Source: Selaginella moellendorffii (lineage: Eukaryota > Plantae > Lycopodiophyta). From it: a stretch of DNA of 64,000 bases. Under the pieces are notes generated by a model. The model worked only from the letters and a program-made list of their open reading frames with translations. It had not been told where the DNA came from and did no database searches. Both the position numbers and the translations under genes were made by a program. The stretch covers positions 1,020,365 to 1,084,364 of the forward strand of contig NW_003314319.1 of NCBI RefSeq assembly GCF_000143415.4, written 5' to 3'. Position 1 is the stretch's first letter. Every line of letters begins with the position of its first letter. Positions 50,924 through 63,409 of this stretch are shown one piece after another.

Positions 50924-52771
50924 TTAGAATTTTACAGCCGCTTTGATTGCGTCTAAAACCTGGAAGTAAATGGAGAGAGAATAAAAAAATGGTTGTCAAA
51001 GCCGCGGATCAAGCCATGCTTACTTTGTTTGCTGTAGGCATGTAGAATGGCTCAAAGACAAGAGGAAACGGCGTGTCAAGGCCGCATACTCTCGCAATCG
51101 GGGCCTCGAGCTGTCCAAGAAGATCCAAACAAAAAAGCACTTACGAATTTCAGCCGAAGAACAAGTAAACTTAATGTACCCGTAGAAAACAACGCTCCGC
51201 AATGGTTGCTGCGATCTCTGCGCCAAAACCTCCAGTGACTGGCGCTTCATGGCTAACCTGAAAGCTTCGTGTTAACGTAGCACACCAAAAACACAACAAA
51301 AAAGAAACGTTAATTTGCGAAGACTTACTATCAACTTCCCCGTTTTGTTCACCGAAGCTTCCACGAGTTCCTTGTCCCATGGAATGAGAGTTCTCAGATC
51401 AATGAGCTCACACGAGATTCCTTCCTGGAAGAACACAAACTTGGTCACCTTTTGCCGAAAGAAACACGAGTACAGTACCTTTTCGGCCTCGGCGCATGCT
51501 TGCTGCATTACTGCGAGTTGCGCTCCCCACGCAACTAGTGTAATGTCTGTCCCCTCGCGTATCACCTGCGAGCCCGAGTTAGTGCACAGAATGAATCGTT
51601 TTTAGTTCTCCAACGGTGTACCTCTGCTTTGGACAAAGGAAGCATGTAATCTCCCTCTGGAACCTCGTCCACGGATAGACGATACAGCCACTGGAAATGA
51701 TCGACATCCATCAACAATTATGAGAATTTTCCCGTAGAGAAAGTGGACGTCCTTCCTCAATCCTCACCTTCGGTTCGAAAAATATAACAGGATTCGGGTC
51801 TCTGATAGAAGCAAGCAACAATCCTTTCGCTTGTGACGGATTCCTTGGAATCACCACCTGACAAAAGAAGAACCTTTGCCATTAAAGCCATCTTGATTGA
51901 GCATACCTTTAGACCAGGAACATGGCAAAAAAAAGCTTCTGGGGACTGGGAATGATAGTGGCCTCCATGTCCTACGGCACCATACGGAGATCTTACAGTG
52001 AGACCTGCACAACTAGTCAAGCACACAATTTTGTGAGTAGTACATAGTACGAGCAAAAAGGATAGAAAAAGAGACAGTTCTCACCTCCACAATTAAAAGC
52101 ATTTCCGCTCCTGTACCGGAACTTTGCAGCTTCGTTCACGAGCTGAGCCCATAGTTTATTTTAGATTTTCATCGAAAAGCAAGCTAGGTACTGTCAACTT
52201 GCCTGATCAAACGCTGGGAAAATGTAGTCTCCGAACTGGATCTCGGCGATAGCACGATTTCCCTGCAAACTCAAGACTTGGAGTTAGCCAGGAAAAAGAA
52301 AAAAAGTATCGTCATGTCTAACCATAGCAGCAAGACCAATTCCAAATCCAACGAGTCCCTGTTAAGGAGAGAAAACAACTTTTCAATCGTCGAACAGTTT
52401 TTGTTTTTTTTTCTTTGTGATCCATTGTTACTTGCTCGCACAAAGGAGTGTTGAAAACTCGATGCGTCCCAAACGCATCCGCCAGCCCGCTAGTGCACCT
52501 AAAAACTCCACCGAATTTAACATCTTCTCCAAACACGTAGGCCCTGCCCAAGGAATTCCCGTGAAAATTTTCATGAAAGAAATGCTACAGCGATTTCTTG
52601 CCTTGGATCCGATTCCAGCGCAATGTGAAGCGCCTCGTTCACTGCCGAGAAGAGATTCATGCGCTTCGTCTCGCATGGCAGTGGAATTGTGGCGGAAGAA
52701 GGAGAAGATGAAGAAGAGAACGATCGGCGCCCAGAGAGAGCTCCAAATACCCTACCGTGAAACCGCCCCAT
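50924..52771 (-). CDS. BCKDHB: Branched-chain 2-oxoacid dehydrogenase E1 beta subunit, mitochondrial
   Basis: Transit peptide, [62 protein letters not shown]. Last exon [11 protein letters not shown]. Confidence 0.95.
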
Positions 52772-52909
52772 TCTTGAATCGGCTGGAGCGAGATTGCCCT
52801 ACCTAAGACGCTTCTCACCTGACTCGACTGAGTTATCCATGAGCTACCCGTACGAGATCGTCTTCCGTATCCACGAGTTTAGGGTTTATAGAATTAGGGT
52901 TTATCAGGA
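52772..52909. promoter_or_regulatory. 138-bp divergent promoter with two telo-boxes
   Basis: TTAGGGTTTAT occurs twice (about 52879-52904) immediately before the ATG of a ribosome-biogenesis gene. Confidence 0.65.
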
Positions 52910-53469
52910 ATGGGGCGGTGCCCGAATCACAAGAAGCCGGCGAAGAAGAAATACTCCCACAAGAGCGCGCGGCGGGCCAAATTCCTGGTCAAGGATATCC
53001 TTTTTGCTTCTCCGATGATTGGTAGGCATTGGTGGTGTTCTCCTTGACAGATTCTAGGCACGCGATGATATGATCTATTCGGAGGTGAAGAATTTGGAGT
53101 CGTCTATGGACGAAGGGGCGCCCGCGCGAGCTCGAGACGAGGATCTCCCTGGAATGGGGCAGTTCTACTGCTTGCATTGCGAGTTAAGCGCCGATTCCTT
53201 GTCTTTCATTCTTTATAAACGCTTGCTTCTTTCAGCCGGTATTTCTCGTCGTCTTCGATCATGGAAGAGCATTTTAAGACCAAACGGCATAAGAAAAGGT
53301 TTGTTTTTTCTTCCTTGTTCTTTGCGAGGCCTGCTTTAATCTTCTTTCACTTCTCGATAGAGTGAAGGCCATGCAAGGCCCAGCTCCACATTGTCAACTA
53401 GACGCGGAACTCGCGGCTGGGCAGGGCAAACCGGATAACGGGCCAAAGCTCGGAGTTGTATCCTCGTAA
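52910..53469 (+). CDS. ZNF593: ZNF593/Bud20 C2H2 zinc-finger ribosome-biogenesis factor, 4 exons
   Basis: MGRCP...KFLVKG|DD, DEDLPGMGQFYCLHCDRYF, HFKTKRHKKRVK, PDNGPKL. Confidence 0.93.
52995..53061 (+). other. U12-type AT-AC intron
   Basis: 5' end ATATCCTTT, branch site TCCTTGAC (53041-53048), 3' end AC. Removal restores KG-DD in frame. Confidence 0.9.
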
Positions 53470-53845
53470 GAAACTCGTGAAATTCTCACTAACTCTTTTG
53501 CAAACCATACGCTTGCATTGAAATTTTTCTCCTGGCAATTGCAATGAGGAATCAAAGGCCGGTCTGAAAGCCACCCTGCAGCAGCAGCTGCCAGGAGGAG
53601 GCTCTTCTCTGATGACCATTTCCAGCTTGAAAGGTCTTGTCTCTGAGCAATAAAAACATGCTTTTGCTTTTGCTTTTCCTCACTTTGAGAAACGATCTCC
53701 TTTGAAGTAACTTGCCAAATTTAAGATTTAAGATTCACAGACGAGTATTATTCTCAAGAAAAAACAGAAAACGAAATAACAAAGAGGAGTCCATCTTGAT
53801 GTTTATGTTTTGATCTAGTGAGTTTCTTGGTGTTCATGCTGTGAT

Positions 53846-54715
53846 CTAGTAAGATTGTTGAAGAGGCTGAGTTAACCCATCTGATGGATTGTAGATCAAA
53901 ACGTAGAGATTGATGGATGCAGCCAGTGTCACCCTGGATGAAACAATGTAATTCTTTTATTTCTAAGAAGTGCAGCCACTTACCAGAGAATGTATGGTAT
54001 AAGTAAATATGCAGCTGCATGACTCACTGGCCAGAAGAGGATAATAGTTGCAAGGATGGCGAGCCACAGCAGAACTATTTCAGCAAATGCAAAATCCTGT
54101 GACAACACACTGTCAGCCAGGAGCAAAAATTTCACCAGCGCCAACTTACAAATCGATGGTAGCCGAAAAAGATTGGCGTCCATGCAAAGTTTAGTATGAG
54201 CTGCAACAACCACAAATGAAAACTCAGCTCTTTCTTCTGAATAAAAACCAAAAGTGAGGAATTTTATAACCTGAACGATGTAAATGGCTAGAGGAAGCGC
54301 GTGCCTCTTAAAACCTGGAAACGAAGGAAAATTTACAGGAAAGAACTTGTGATGAGATGCTTCTCAAAGGTTTCTAATTACCTCCATCTTTCCAGACAAG
54401 CCAGGACGCGATCCCCATGAGAATGTAGAGAGTTGTCCACATTACAGGAAAGACCCAGCTCTGGCACAAGCAGAGAGAGAAGTTAGAAGAAACAAGTGAG
54501 GGATTTTTCCATTTTACCGGAGGCGTCCATGGAGGCTTGTTGAGCTGCCTGTACCAAGCTGCAAGAACATGGGAAATTTAAACTTGGGCAACTGAGACTT
54601 TGGGCGATTGAAACTTACGGCTGTCACCACCAGCTCCAAATTTCGCTCCCGCAAATCCTCCGGCCACTGGGATGGCTATCGCCACGATCAGCCCCAGAAT
54701 CGCTCCCCAATCCAT
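53846..54715 (-). CDS. TSPO: TspO/MBR translocator protein, multi-exon
   Basis: WYRQLNKPPWTPP, WVFPVMWTTLYILMGIASWLVW, LNFAWTPIFFG, LLIPYILWV. Confidence 0.92.
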
Positions 54716-55015
54716 TTTTTTTTCAGCAGCTTTATCCGCTAGCCTAAACACCAAATCTCCTCCCTCGCGTTTAGAAGCTAATTTAATAATCTTGAGTAAC
54801 ATACTGTATAAAATCACCATTAAAGAAGATTTATAAAGGCTTGTAATGACTGAGTTCGTGTCTACCATCTTGAGTTCGCAACAACAACAGACTCTCTCAC
54901 TATCGCCTGAAAACACCGGAGACCGTTTGCTCCACATTTTTAAGAAATGGGGTTGGAGCTCAAAAATGGTGTGGCTCTGGATGAAAATTTGCTGTCAGTC
55001 CGGCCTCCAGGAGAG

Positions 55016-55053
55016 GTTTCTCCATCTTTTCATCCATGAAAAGATGGAGAAAC
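55016..55053. repeat. Perfect 18-bp inverted repeat with 2-nt spacer
   Basis: gtttctccatcttttcat-cc-atgaaaagatggagaaac. Confidence 0.9.
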
Positions 55054-55496
55054 TATTGGACCACTATCAGTGAACTTGCAAGCTTCTTGAACGTTTCGAC
55101 ACTTGCATACATCCTCCCGCCAGGTTTGAGGCCGGTTGGGGTGGCCATGAGGTGTGACAGTGCTGTGAGGTGTAATTGTAGTGTTGTGGAACTACTTGCA
55201 TTTACCAGTTCAGTGATTTAGTACCAACTCAGTTTACTATGTTTTTCCAATCGTGGTGGGGAGAATTCTTGACGATCAGAGTTTGGGGTGTGGCGCGGGC
55301 GGTAGTGATGTCTGGAGAGTTCTATATATCGGAAAAAAACAATTATTTTTCAAGATCCAACCACTTGCTTGTTGAATGTTTGAAATTCTTAAACCAAGAA
55401 ACCATGTGCTATGTTTCAGCCACTGTACAGCTGACTTTGCATATCTATAAGATGAAGACATAACTTCAAATCAATTTGGTCTGGCTCAAGAGGGGT

Positions 55497-55740
55497 ATGG
55501 GTATTCTTCAGAAGCTGAGTCTAGCTTTGTTCATCATTGTCTACATCTCATTTGTGTTCATGACAATAAGCTCTTCAGCAGCCATGTTCCAAGGTAACAA
55601 GGAAGCCAGGTTTTGATGTTGAATCTAATCATCTGACCATTTCAGATGGGCGTTGTATACGTTGTGGTAACAAAAAGTGCTGTGGAGGAAGTTCATGCCG
55701 AAGTAGAATCGGAGGGATTGGTGAATGTATCGATCCATGA
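55497..55740 (+). CDS. Secreted knottin-like cysteine-rich peptide, 63 aa (exons 55497-55593, 55646-55740)
   Basis: MGILQKLSLALFIIVYISFVFMTISSSAAMFQ|DGRCIRCGNKKCCGGSSCRSRIGGIGECIDP*. 52-nt GT-AG intron with CTGAC; TATA-like TCTATAAG about 50 bp upstream. Confidence 0.78.
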
Positions 55741-55847
55741 GGACCTTGGAGATCTTGCAGGTTTAATACATGTTTTTTCTCTCTTAATCTCTTTGGGTGT
55801 TCTTCTAGATGACTGAATTCTCTGTTCTGTGAAGCTCTTCCTCTTCT

Positions 55848-56139
55848 TTCTTGAGAAGAAGCTAAATCTCTGGAATCCAAAGAAAAACTGGAGCTCTACC
55901 TTTAAGCCTGAGAGCAGCTTTGGATCTGAATCTCGTCCAAACTCAATCTGCGGTGGCAAAGCTCGAGCAGGATCAAAGTTTCTTGAATGTAGAAGATACT
56001 GAAACAAACGCAGCGGCTTCTTCTTGAGAAGAAGCTAAATCTCTGGGATCAAAAGAAAACCGTTAAGGCTTTGGATCTGGATCTCGTCCAAACTCAATCT
56101 GCGTCGACAGAGCTCGAGGGGGATGAAAGTTTCTTGAAT
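55848..56139 (+). repeat. Imperfect tandem duplication (55848-55988 / 56021-56139)
   Basis: Both units run from ttcttgagaagaagctaaatctctgg through tctcgtccaaactcaatctgcg to aaagtttcttgaat. Confidence 0.85.
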
Positions 56140-56206
56140 AATATTTATGTAACACACAATGTAGCGGGAACATTGTAATGTCATTTAATTCAATGCTGGA
56201 AATGAG

Positions 56207-58150
56207 ATGTGCTGCGTTACCCATGCCCGGCCTTTCTTGCTTCCACACCAAACCAGGGATGCGGAATATGCTCCGTTGCTTCGAGCCTGTGGGAATTCCA
56301 GAAGCCTCGCACACGCGAGACAGCTTCACGCCCGGATTTGGAAGCAAGCGACGACCACATTTGTTGATAACTTGATCGTCGAAATGTATGGAAAGTGCAG
56401 CGCGATCGATGACGCATGTTTTGTTTTCGAGAGCATTCGTAAGCGGAATGTTTTCTCGTGGACAATGATGATTTCCGCATTTGCCCAAAATGGGCATTTT
56501 TTATCTGCGCGTTTGTGCTTCTGGAAAATGAATTTGGAGGGCATAAAACCCGATCGAATAGCCTTGATTGCGACTATTGATGCTTTGGCCGAGATCGCGT
56601 CTGCAGCAGACATTGTGTTGCTTCGAACTTGCGTTCACGAATTGGGTCTTGCTTCTGATCTTGTCTTGAAAAATGCACTGCTCAATTTATACAGCATCTG
56701 GCTGAATCTACAAGAAACAAAAACTATGTTCGAAAGACTTGAAACCAAAGATGTTATCACTTGGACTTGTATGATTTCTGCATATGCCCGAAAAGGGCAT
56801 CCGGGCGCGCTTTTGCTGTTTCGAAGAATGGAGCTCGAGGGGATTGTGGCCAACGGAATCACATACATTGCCCTCTGTACAGCCCTTTCAAAGCTCCATC
56901 CGTATCATCACATTCGAATCAATCTCTTGGATCTTGAAACCCGGATTTCTCGATCTGGATTGCTTCCAATGGTGTGTTGCAGCTTGATCGAGATGTACGG
57001 GAATCTTGGCGACATAGAGAACGCAATGCGGGTCTTTACAACCTCCCTAGAACAGCACTGCAATGTGGTTGCTTGGACCGCGGCGATCAATGCTCACACA
57101 CAAAATGGAAACCTTCGCAAGGCTTTGGAGATCTTTAGAAGAATGGATCTCGAGGGAGTCAGGCCCGACAACGTAGTGTTTCTTGCCCTCTTGGACGCGT
57201 GCATTGCGTTGCAAGATCTCAGCCAAGGCAAGCTCATTCATGAACGGATTGTGAGATTGGGGCTTAATTCGCATTCTAACCTTGTAAACACACTCATCAA
57301 CATGTACGGAAAGTGTGATAGAGTTGACATTGCGAGAGGCATCTTTGATAGCCTCGATAAGAAGTGTGTGGTTTCTTGGACTGCGATGATCACTGCCAAT
57401 GCTCAAAACGGGCATCCGCTAGAAGCCTTTCATCTCTTTTGTAGGATGTCCTTGGAAGGGATTCTCCCAACAAAGATCACTCTCATCACCCTTCTCGATG
57501 CGAGCTCGCTTCACTCGGACATTCTCCGCGGCAAGTTGGTCCACGAATGCATCGAAGATCTTGGCCTCGATCTCGAGGGCGCTTTGGGGAATGCTCTTGT
57601 CAACATGTATGGAAAATGCGGCAACACGAGTAAAGCTCTCTCGATCTTTGAATCAATGCAGTTGAGAGATGCCTGTGCGTGGAACACAATGCTTGCCGCA
57701 TATGCCCAGGTCGGTCATATTCACTCGGCATTTGAAAAGCTCCAGGAAATGGAGCTCCAGGGAGTCCGCGCGACGGATACCACCTTCATCAACATCCTCT
57801 CCGCCCTGAGCCATGCCGGATCGCTCCACCGCTGCTGCGACTGCCTCATCTCAATGATCCAGGACTACAATGTTACACCCGCAAGCGATCACTACCGGTG
57901 TATTGTGGACATGCTTGCTCGGCTCGGGCAGCTCCAGCACGCAAACGAGCTCATGGAACTCATGCCTTTTGAGCCCACTGCCACGGCGTGGATGTCCCTT
58001 CTCGCGGCCTCCAGGGTCCACACCAAAACTTCATCCGTGGATCAAGTTTCTTGGGTGGCTGCCGAGCGGGTTTTCGAGCTGGAGCCCAGGAATGCATCTC
58101 CATACTTGGCTCTCTCCAACATCTACAAATGCAAGCGTGAAAGAATCTAG
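56207..58150 (+). CDS. PLS-class PPR protein with E domain, no DYW
   Basis: MYGKC / VVSWTAMI.A.AQNG repeats, DHYRCIVDMLARLG, ELEPRNASPYLALSNIY. Intronless. Confidence 0.92.
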   Translation: MCCVTHARPFLLPHQTRDAEYAPLLRACGNSRSLAHARQLHARIWKQATTTFVDNLIVEMYGKCSAIDDACFVFESIRKRNVFSWTMMISAFAQNGHFLSARLCFWKMNLEGIKPDRIALIATIDALAEIASAADIVLLRTCVHELGLASDLVLKNALLNLYSIWLNLQETKTMFERLETKDVITWTCMISAYARKGHPGALLLFRRMELEGIVANGITYIALCTALSKLHPYHHIRINLLDLETRISRSGLLPMVCCSLIEMYGNLGDIENAMRVFTTSLEQHCNVVAWTAAINAHTQNGNLRKALEIFRRMDLEGVRPDNVVFLALLDACIALQDLSQGKLIHERIVRLGLNSHSNLVNTLINMYGKCDRVDIARGIFDSLDKKCVVSWTAMITANAQNGHPLEAFHLFCRMSLEGILPTKITLITLLDASSLHSDILRGKLVHECIEDLGLDLEGALGNALVNMYGKCGNTSKALSIFESMQLRDACAWNTMLAAYAQVGHIHSAFEKLQEMELQGVRATDTTFINILSALSHAGSLHRCCDCLISMIQDYNVTPASDHYRCIVDMLARLGQLQHANELMELMPFEPTATAWMSLLAASRVHTKTSSVDQVSWVAAERVFELEPRNASPYLALSNIYKCKRERI

Positions 58151-58187
58151 TGACTTGAAAGACAAAAACTATACATGTAAGTCGAAT

Positions 58188-58745
58188 CTAAAGCTCGTGG
58201 GATCGAGCACGACGAAACGAGAGCCTGACCGATTTCAAGTCGTAGAGGACGTGATAGTTCTGCTGCATGATATTTCCAATGATGTTAATGCCCCCTCGCC
58301 CAACAGTTAAGCATGCAAGGTCGCCATCGACGGACATTACGTTCTCCTGGGGTGGCCGGAGCTCCGCGCCGTTAGCAAAGCGGAAGCTGATCGAGGGGAA
58401 CCTGTAATTTTCGTGGCCCGAGGTGTTGAAGCACTTGTCCAAGTGTGGGACACTCACCTGCGGAAGATCGACCATGCTGGCGAAGATTTCCGTCACGTTG
58501 TAGGCACCGGTTAGAGATGTCACTGGGGAGCCCGAGTCGAAGACGGTCCAGCCGGTGTTGGCCTCAGACCCGGCCCACACGTCGTTCACGTAAACGCTGT
58601 GGAGATAGAGATTAGACTCGACACTAGAGCTGAAGAGGAGTGGCGTGCTCCGCGTGATCGAATCGGCCAGCTCAGTGCTGGGGATGACTGCAGGGAGAGC
58701 GCAGCGTCTCCAAAGAAGAGAGGGCTCGTTTCGCCTTGAGAGAGC
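58188..58745 (-). pseudogene. C-terminal half of an A1 (nepenthesin-like) aspartic protease
   Basis: TSPLFFGDAA, second catalytic motif VFDSGS, CFN, FPSISFRFANGAEL, IIGNIMQQNYHVLYDL. Frameshifted; no N-terminal DTG lobe seen. Confidence 0.8.
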
Positions 58746-58828
58746 CCAAAGATACTATCCACGTCTCTCACGGTCCCGGCGTCCTGAATCAATGCAGTTG
58801 AGAGATGCCTGCAAGACTGGACACTCCG

Positions 58829-59415
58829 GGAGCTGGAGGCGAGCTTGCCGAAGCACTTGGCTGGAGATCTCAGCGACGAAACAGGCATCAACTTCGGACA
58901 ATCGTGTTTTCACTCTCAGCCCTGCTCCAAGTCGGGTGCTCGCGTCCTCTTCAGGCTCGCTTTTGCTCGAGTTTGAAGTTGGCACACACAGCGAGCTTGA
59001 TCTCGGCATCACTTGAAGAGCTCCGGTGGATTGGTCTCGGGCTCGCCCTTGGCTGACAGCGGGAATGCAAGGGGATCCAATATGTGATATTGCTGGCTGT
59101 TTTGGAAGAGATCTTGATGTTGCTGTTCCATTCATACAGGGTGGTAGGCGAGGCAATCGAGCGCCGCCACGATGATCGATTCCTCCAGTCCTTCTAACTC
59201 CAAAGGGGCTTTGCCAAGGACGAAATGCCGAGCAGCATGAATGCGGGGGATAATCTCGTCCGGTGGGCGATCTAACAAAACGCCATGGATTTCGCAAACA
59301 AAGAAACCCCTGTCATATGGTTCAAGTACATGGTATGATTTTTTTATTACGGGAACCCGGTTGCTGAGATGATGGCTATCAGGTAAGTGTAGAGGTAAAC
59401 CGTTGTACAAGACCC
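58829..59415 (+). repeat. Direct repeat copy A (copy B at 62141-62890)
   Basis: 58829-59079 matches 62141-62402 and 59167-59415 matches 62657-62890. The middle segments differ. Confidence 0.9.
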
Positions 59416-59879
59416 AGTTGCAGCCGACTTAATCCAGTGACAATATTGGCAAACATGGCATAGACAGAAAGGGACTTGGTGGGGACCGGAAAAAAGATAT
59501 TGGCGAAAGTTATTCCTCTTGTCTGTGGGCATCCTAAAGATGCTAAGGAGTGGATCTGGGATGATCACTCATAAATGGATGGCTCAGTCTTTAAGAGACG
59601 GGACTGTGATGTAGGTGGTGTTAGACCACCGGTGTAACCAATGTAAATGGGTATGGCCTTAGCGTAACAAACTGATATGTCGGTGGTACTTTGGGGTGTC
59701 GGTCATGGGATCAGACACATGAAGCACTTGGACACAGTGCAATGGTTGAGTAGCTTGGATGCCATTCTTGGGGTTAGCAAGTCCCTAAGTTCAAAATAGG
59801 ACTTATGGAGGTTGTGAGTGAGACTCCTTCAAGTGGTCGGAGGTGTGATTAAGTGACTAAAGTAGAATTGAAAATTTAG

Positions 59880-61780
59880 TCGCTTACATCTACTTCAAAT
59901 ATCAAATCGTGCATTTTCATGGACAGTCCATCTACTAGTTTTTTTCTTCTCAATTGGTTCTAAAACTATTAAGGCACTAATTTAATTAATATTTGAAGGA
60001 ACAAAAACTAATGAAATGATGTTCCAAAATGACAAAGCAACAATGATCAGTGATAAAACCACCTGTTTCCTTTAAAGGAGTAGCTCGCACTACCCTAGCT
60101 TTTCAATTTTTATTTCTACAAATGTACCAAGTGTTAAATAATTATACTCCCACAATATACATATTATTGTTTGGAATCAACTCCCCTAAGTTGTTGTAGG
60201 CGAAAAGATTCCAAAATCAAAACTAGAACAATAAAAAGCTCATCAGATAAGATTGAGACTAAGTTTGAAACTAAGTCTGAGATTTGAGATTGGGTTCGAG
60301 AATTTAGATTTTTTGAGAAGCCACCCAGCCCAGTATTACTCAAACATAAGGAGACTTAACCCCCAAATATCCCAATACTCAAACCTAAGACGTTTTAACC
60401 CCCTAAGTATCCCAAACTAATTGGAAAAAAGGGTGTGCTTTTGTTATTTCCCTCTATATTTGAATTATAGATTGTCTCTCAATTTGTTCTTTTTAGTTAT
60501 TTATAATTTACTATACTTCCTTATAAGTTCATGCTCGTTAATGGAAGTTGAAAGCCATAACTTTCCCAAGAGCTTTGCTCTTTTGACACTCTACCATTTA
60601 TGTTGAACTTAATTGAAAGCAAATTAAATTTACTAAATGTCAATTTTAACATGTAGTGTAATTCTCTGTCATGTAATTCTCAACATATGATGTAATTTTT
60701 TGTCATGTAATTCTCAATATATAATGTAATTTTGTTATCTTTGATTACTTACAACTACCTAGTTTCTAGAGGGTGGTACAATGAGAATTATTATTTGTTC
60801 TATTTGATGCTAAATTTAATAAATCTTTATAATACATCCTAACATATTAAAATGTCAAAGCCACAAAAGTGTGCAATATTCCTGCCCAATAGTTAAAAGA
60901 TAAATTACCCCATATAGAAAAAGAAATAGAATCACTTTGCAAAAACAGAAAAAATGTGTGTGTTAAGAGGGCTAAAATCACATTGCATTTAGTGTTAGGG
61001 CATTGTAAACTTGCTAATGGGCTCTTTGGTTTTAAATATATGAGAATGGTAAGCAAAATTCCCAACTTCACTAAGGGCATTCCTAGTTATAATAAATTTT
61101 CTTATTATTTAGTAATATCTTTTCAGGCTACTATCAATTTTACCAAAAGGTTCTGATCTCTTTTGTGATTAAAAGACTTGAATCAATTCATTATGAAATT
61201 TTTGCATAGACTATGCAATTCATTTCTTTTTTTTCCTTCACCTTGCTGTAAATAATGTTCACATTGAGCATGTCCAGTAACCATGACAATTCAAATGATC
61301 ACCTTTATTTTATAGCAAACACATTGTATGCATCCCTGCATTTTCCATAAATTTTCCACTTAAAGAGAAAAATCCAACCCATAACCAACTACAACTTATG
61401 AATGTGATTAGCAGTTCAAAGAACTTCAAGAGAAAAACAAGCATCTAAAGCCATGAGAAGGTGATCTTTTTTTATCTTAGGCCTGCATTTTGCTCTATCA
61501 GAAATGCATATTGCAACTTTCCATGCCAAGTATATGTGCTAAATGACAATCGTCCAAGGCTCACACTAAAACATAATTGCACTTCAAGACTATTGCTCAA
61601 CTAATAAGAACCCTTCCAGACACAAGTATGCATAGAGGTGGATTGCTTGCTTACCACACTCATGCGACACATAGACAGTGATCATCGTGTTTCATCCCGC
61701 TCAATCAAATGCATCTCAATGAGCCCACACTTTCCATACATATAAACTCAACTACTAGAAAGAATTCAAGCACAGATTTA
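59880..61780. other. AT-rich non-coding or decayed TE segment between the direct repeats
   Basis: Sharp drop in GC, no credible ORF, short tandem repeat at about 60667-60735. Confidence 0.5.
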
Positions 61781-62140
61781 CTTGCCCTTGGAGAGAATCT
61801 CCCAGCACAGTGCAAACACCCATGGCCTTCAGAAGAGTGATCTCATTGCCCTCCATGCCTCCAAGGGTGCGAACTCTTACTCCAAGTACGTTTCTCAGTG
61901 GTCGAGGCTTTTGAGAGGTAAAATCGAACCCTATCCTCCTTTTGCCCTTTCTTTTGTCGATCTTCCAGCTCGTAAGTCCTCAAATCCCGAAACGATGATG
62001 GAAGAATCGCTTGGAACAGGTCCGGAAGTTTCGAATCAAAGAAATGGCAAGGGCGATGGAACAACGAGCGCTGGGGCGTGGGCGATCCGATCGCGCAGCT
62101 CGCCGCCAAGCCCGCTTGCAACTACAAGTAGTGTCTATCT

Positions 62141-62890
62141 GGAGCTGGAGGAGAGCTTGGCGAAGCACTTGGCTGGAGATCTCAGCGAAGAAACAGGCAT
62201 CAACTTCGCGGACAGTCGTGTTTTCAGTCTCAGCCCTGCTCCAAGTCGGGTGTTCGCGTCCTCCTCAGGCTCTCTTTTGCTGGCACACACAGCGAGCTTG
62301 ATCTCGGCATCACTTGGACAGCCCCGGTGGATTGGTCTCCGGCTCGGGCTCAGTTCTACACAAGCTGGTACTTGGCTGGCAGCGGGAATGCAAGGGGATC
62401 CATCGTGATTTCGTTTCGGGCAAATGATGGTTCTTCCCGGGACTGTTACTCTCCAGGCATCGAGGCAGGCGAGGATGATACCGAGGTATGTTCGTTTGAA
62501 TGGCCACACGCTACAGGTTTCGTTGGATTGCCGAAACGTGGAGTTTTGGGACTGATGAGATTCACACCAGCAGAAGATCGCAAAGCTCCTGCGGCTGTGG
62601 AGATTGCTCAGCGAGTTTCTATTGCAACCCAGGCCATAACTCTTGACGATCCATTACCACGATGATCGATTCACAACCCAAGAGGGGGCTTTGCCAAGGA
62701 CGAAACGCCGAGCAGCACGAATGCGGGGGATAATCTCGTCTGGTGGGCGATCTAACAAAAACGCCATGGATTTCGCAAAGACCCCTGTCATATGGTTCAA
62801 GTACATGGTATGATTTTTTTATTACGGGAACCCGGTTGCCGAGATGATGGCTATCAGGTAAGTGTAGAGGTAAACCGTTGTAGAAGACCC
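62141..62890 (+). repeat. Direct repeat copy B
   Basis: See copy A. Long identical stretches such as acccctgtcatatggttcaagtacatggtatgatttttttattacgggaacccggttgc. Confidence 0.9.
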
Positions 62891-63409
62891 GGGTTCGATG
62901 CCGAAGGGTCCACTCAACAAGGACTTTTATGCAAAAATTTTGCTAAATAAGGAGCCATTATTCTGGTTCGCCGGCTCACAAAAACAGCTTAGACCAGTCA
63001 TTTAGGACATCGGTCTCCCAAAACAAACGTTTCGGGTTCGATTCTCTTCCCGATATTTGTAAATACCAAATACTGAATCATCGTCGATCATCAATGCGGA
63101 TGCTCTGGCATCGCGACGCTGGAGTTGCGCAGATTGACGTGGGCAAGCTGGAGACTGCGGCGGCTGTGATAATCCATTTCCTGGCCTATCGGCGCAGCGG
63201 CGGCTCCAGCCCTGGCAGCTGATTCTCTTGTCTCGTCTGATTCCATTGACAAGACATGATCGATCGCAGTCGCTCCTCCTCCTCCTCGCAGTGTAGCTTT
63301 CTCGACGCTGACCTTGTGTTTGGCGCCCTGGCGGCGGGATACGTTTTCAGGGACCAAGGTTGAGAGGTATGAACTTCCAGAGAAGTAGACTTTGTAAGCT
63401 TTCGGTGTG

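Noticed and set aside
59610-59888. Possible solo LTR (TGTAGG...CTTACA)
   Set aside because: No matching TSD and no internal retroelement sequence recognised.
58829-62890. Direct repeats as LTRs of a retrotransposon
   Set aside because: No TG...CA ends, the middles differ, the repeats look like gene fragments, and no gag/pol lies between them.
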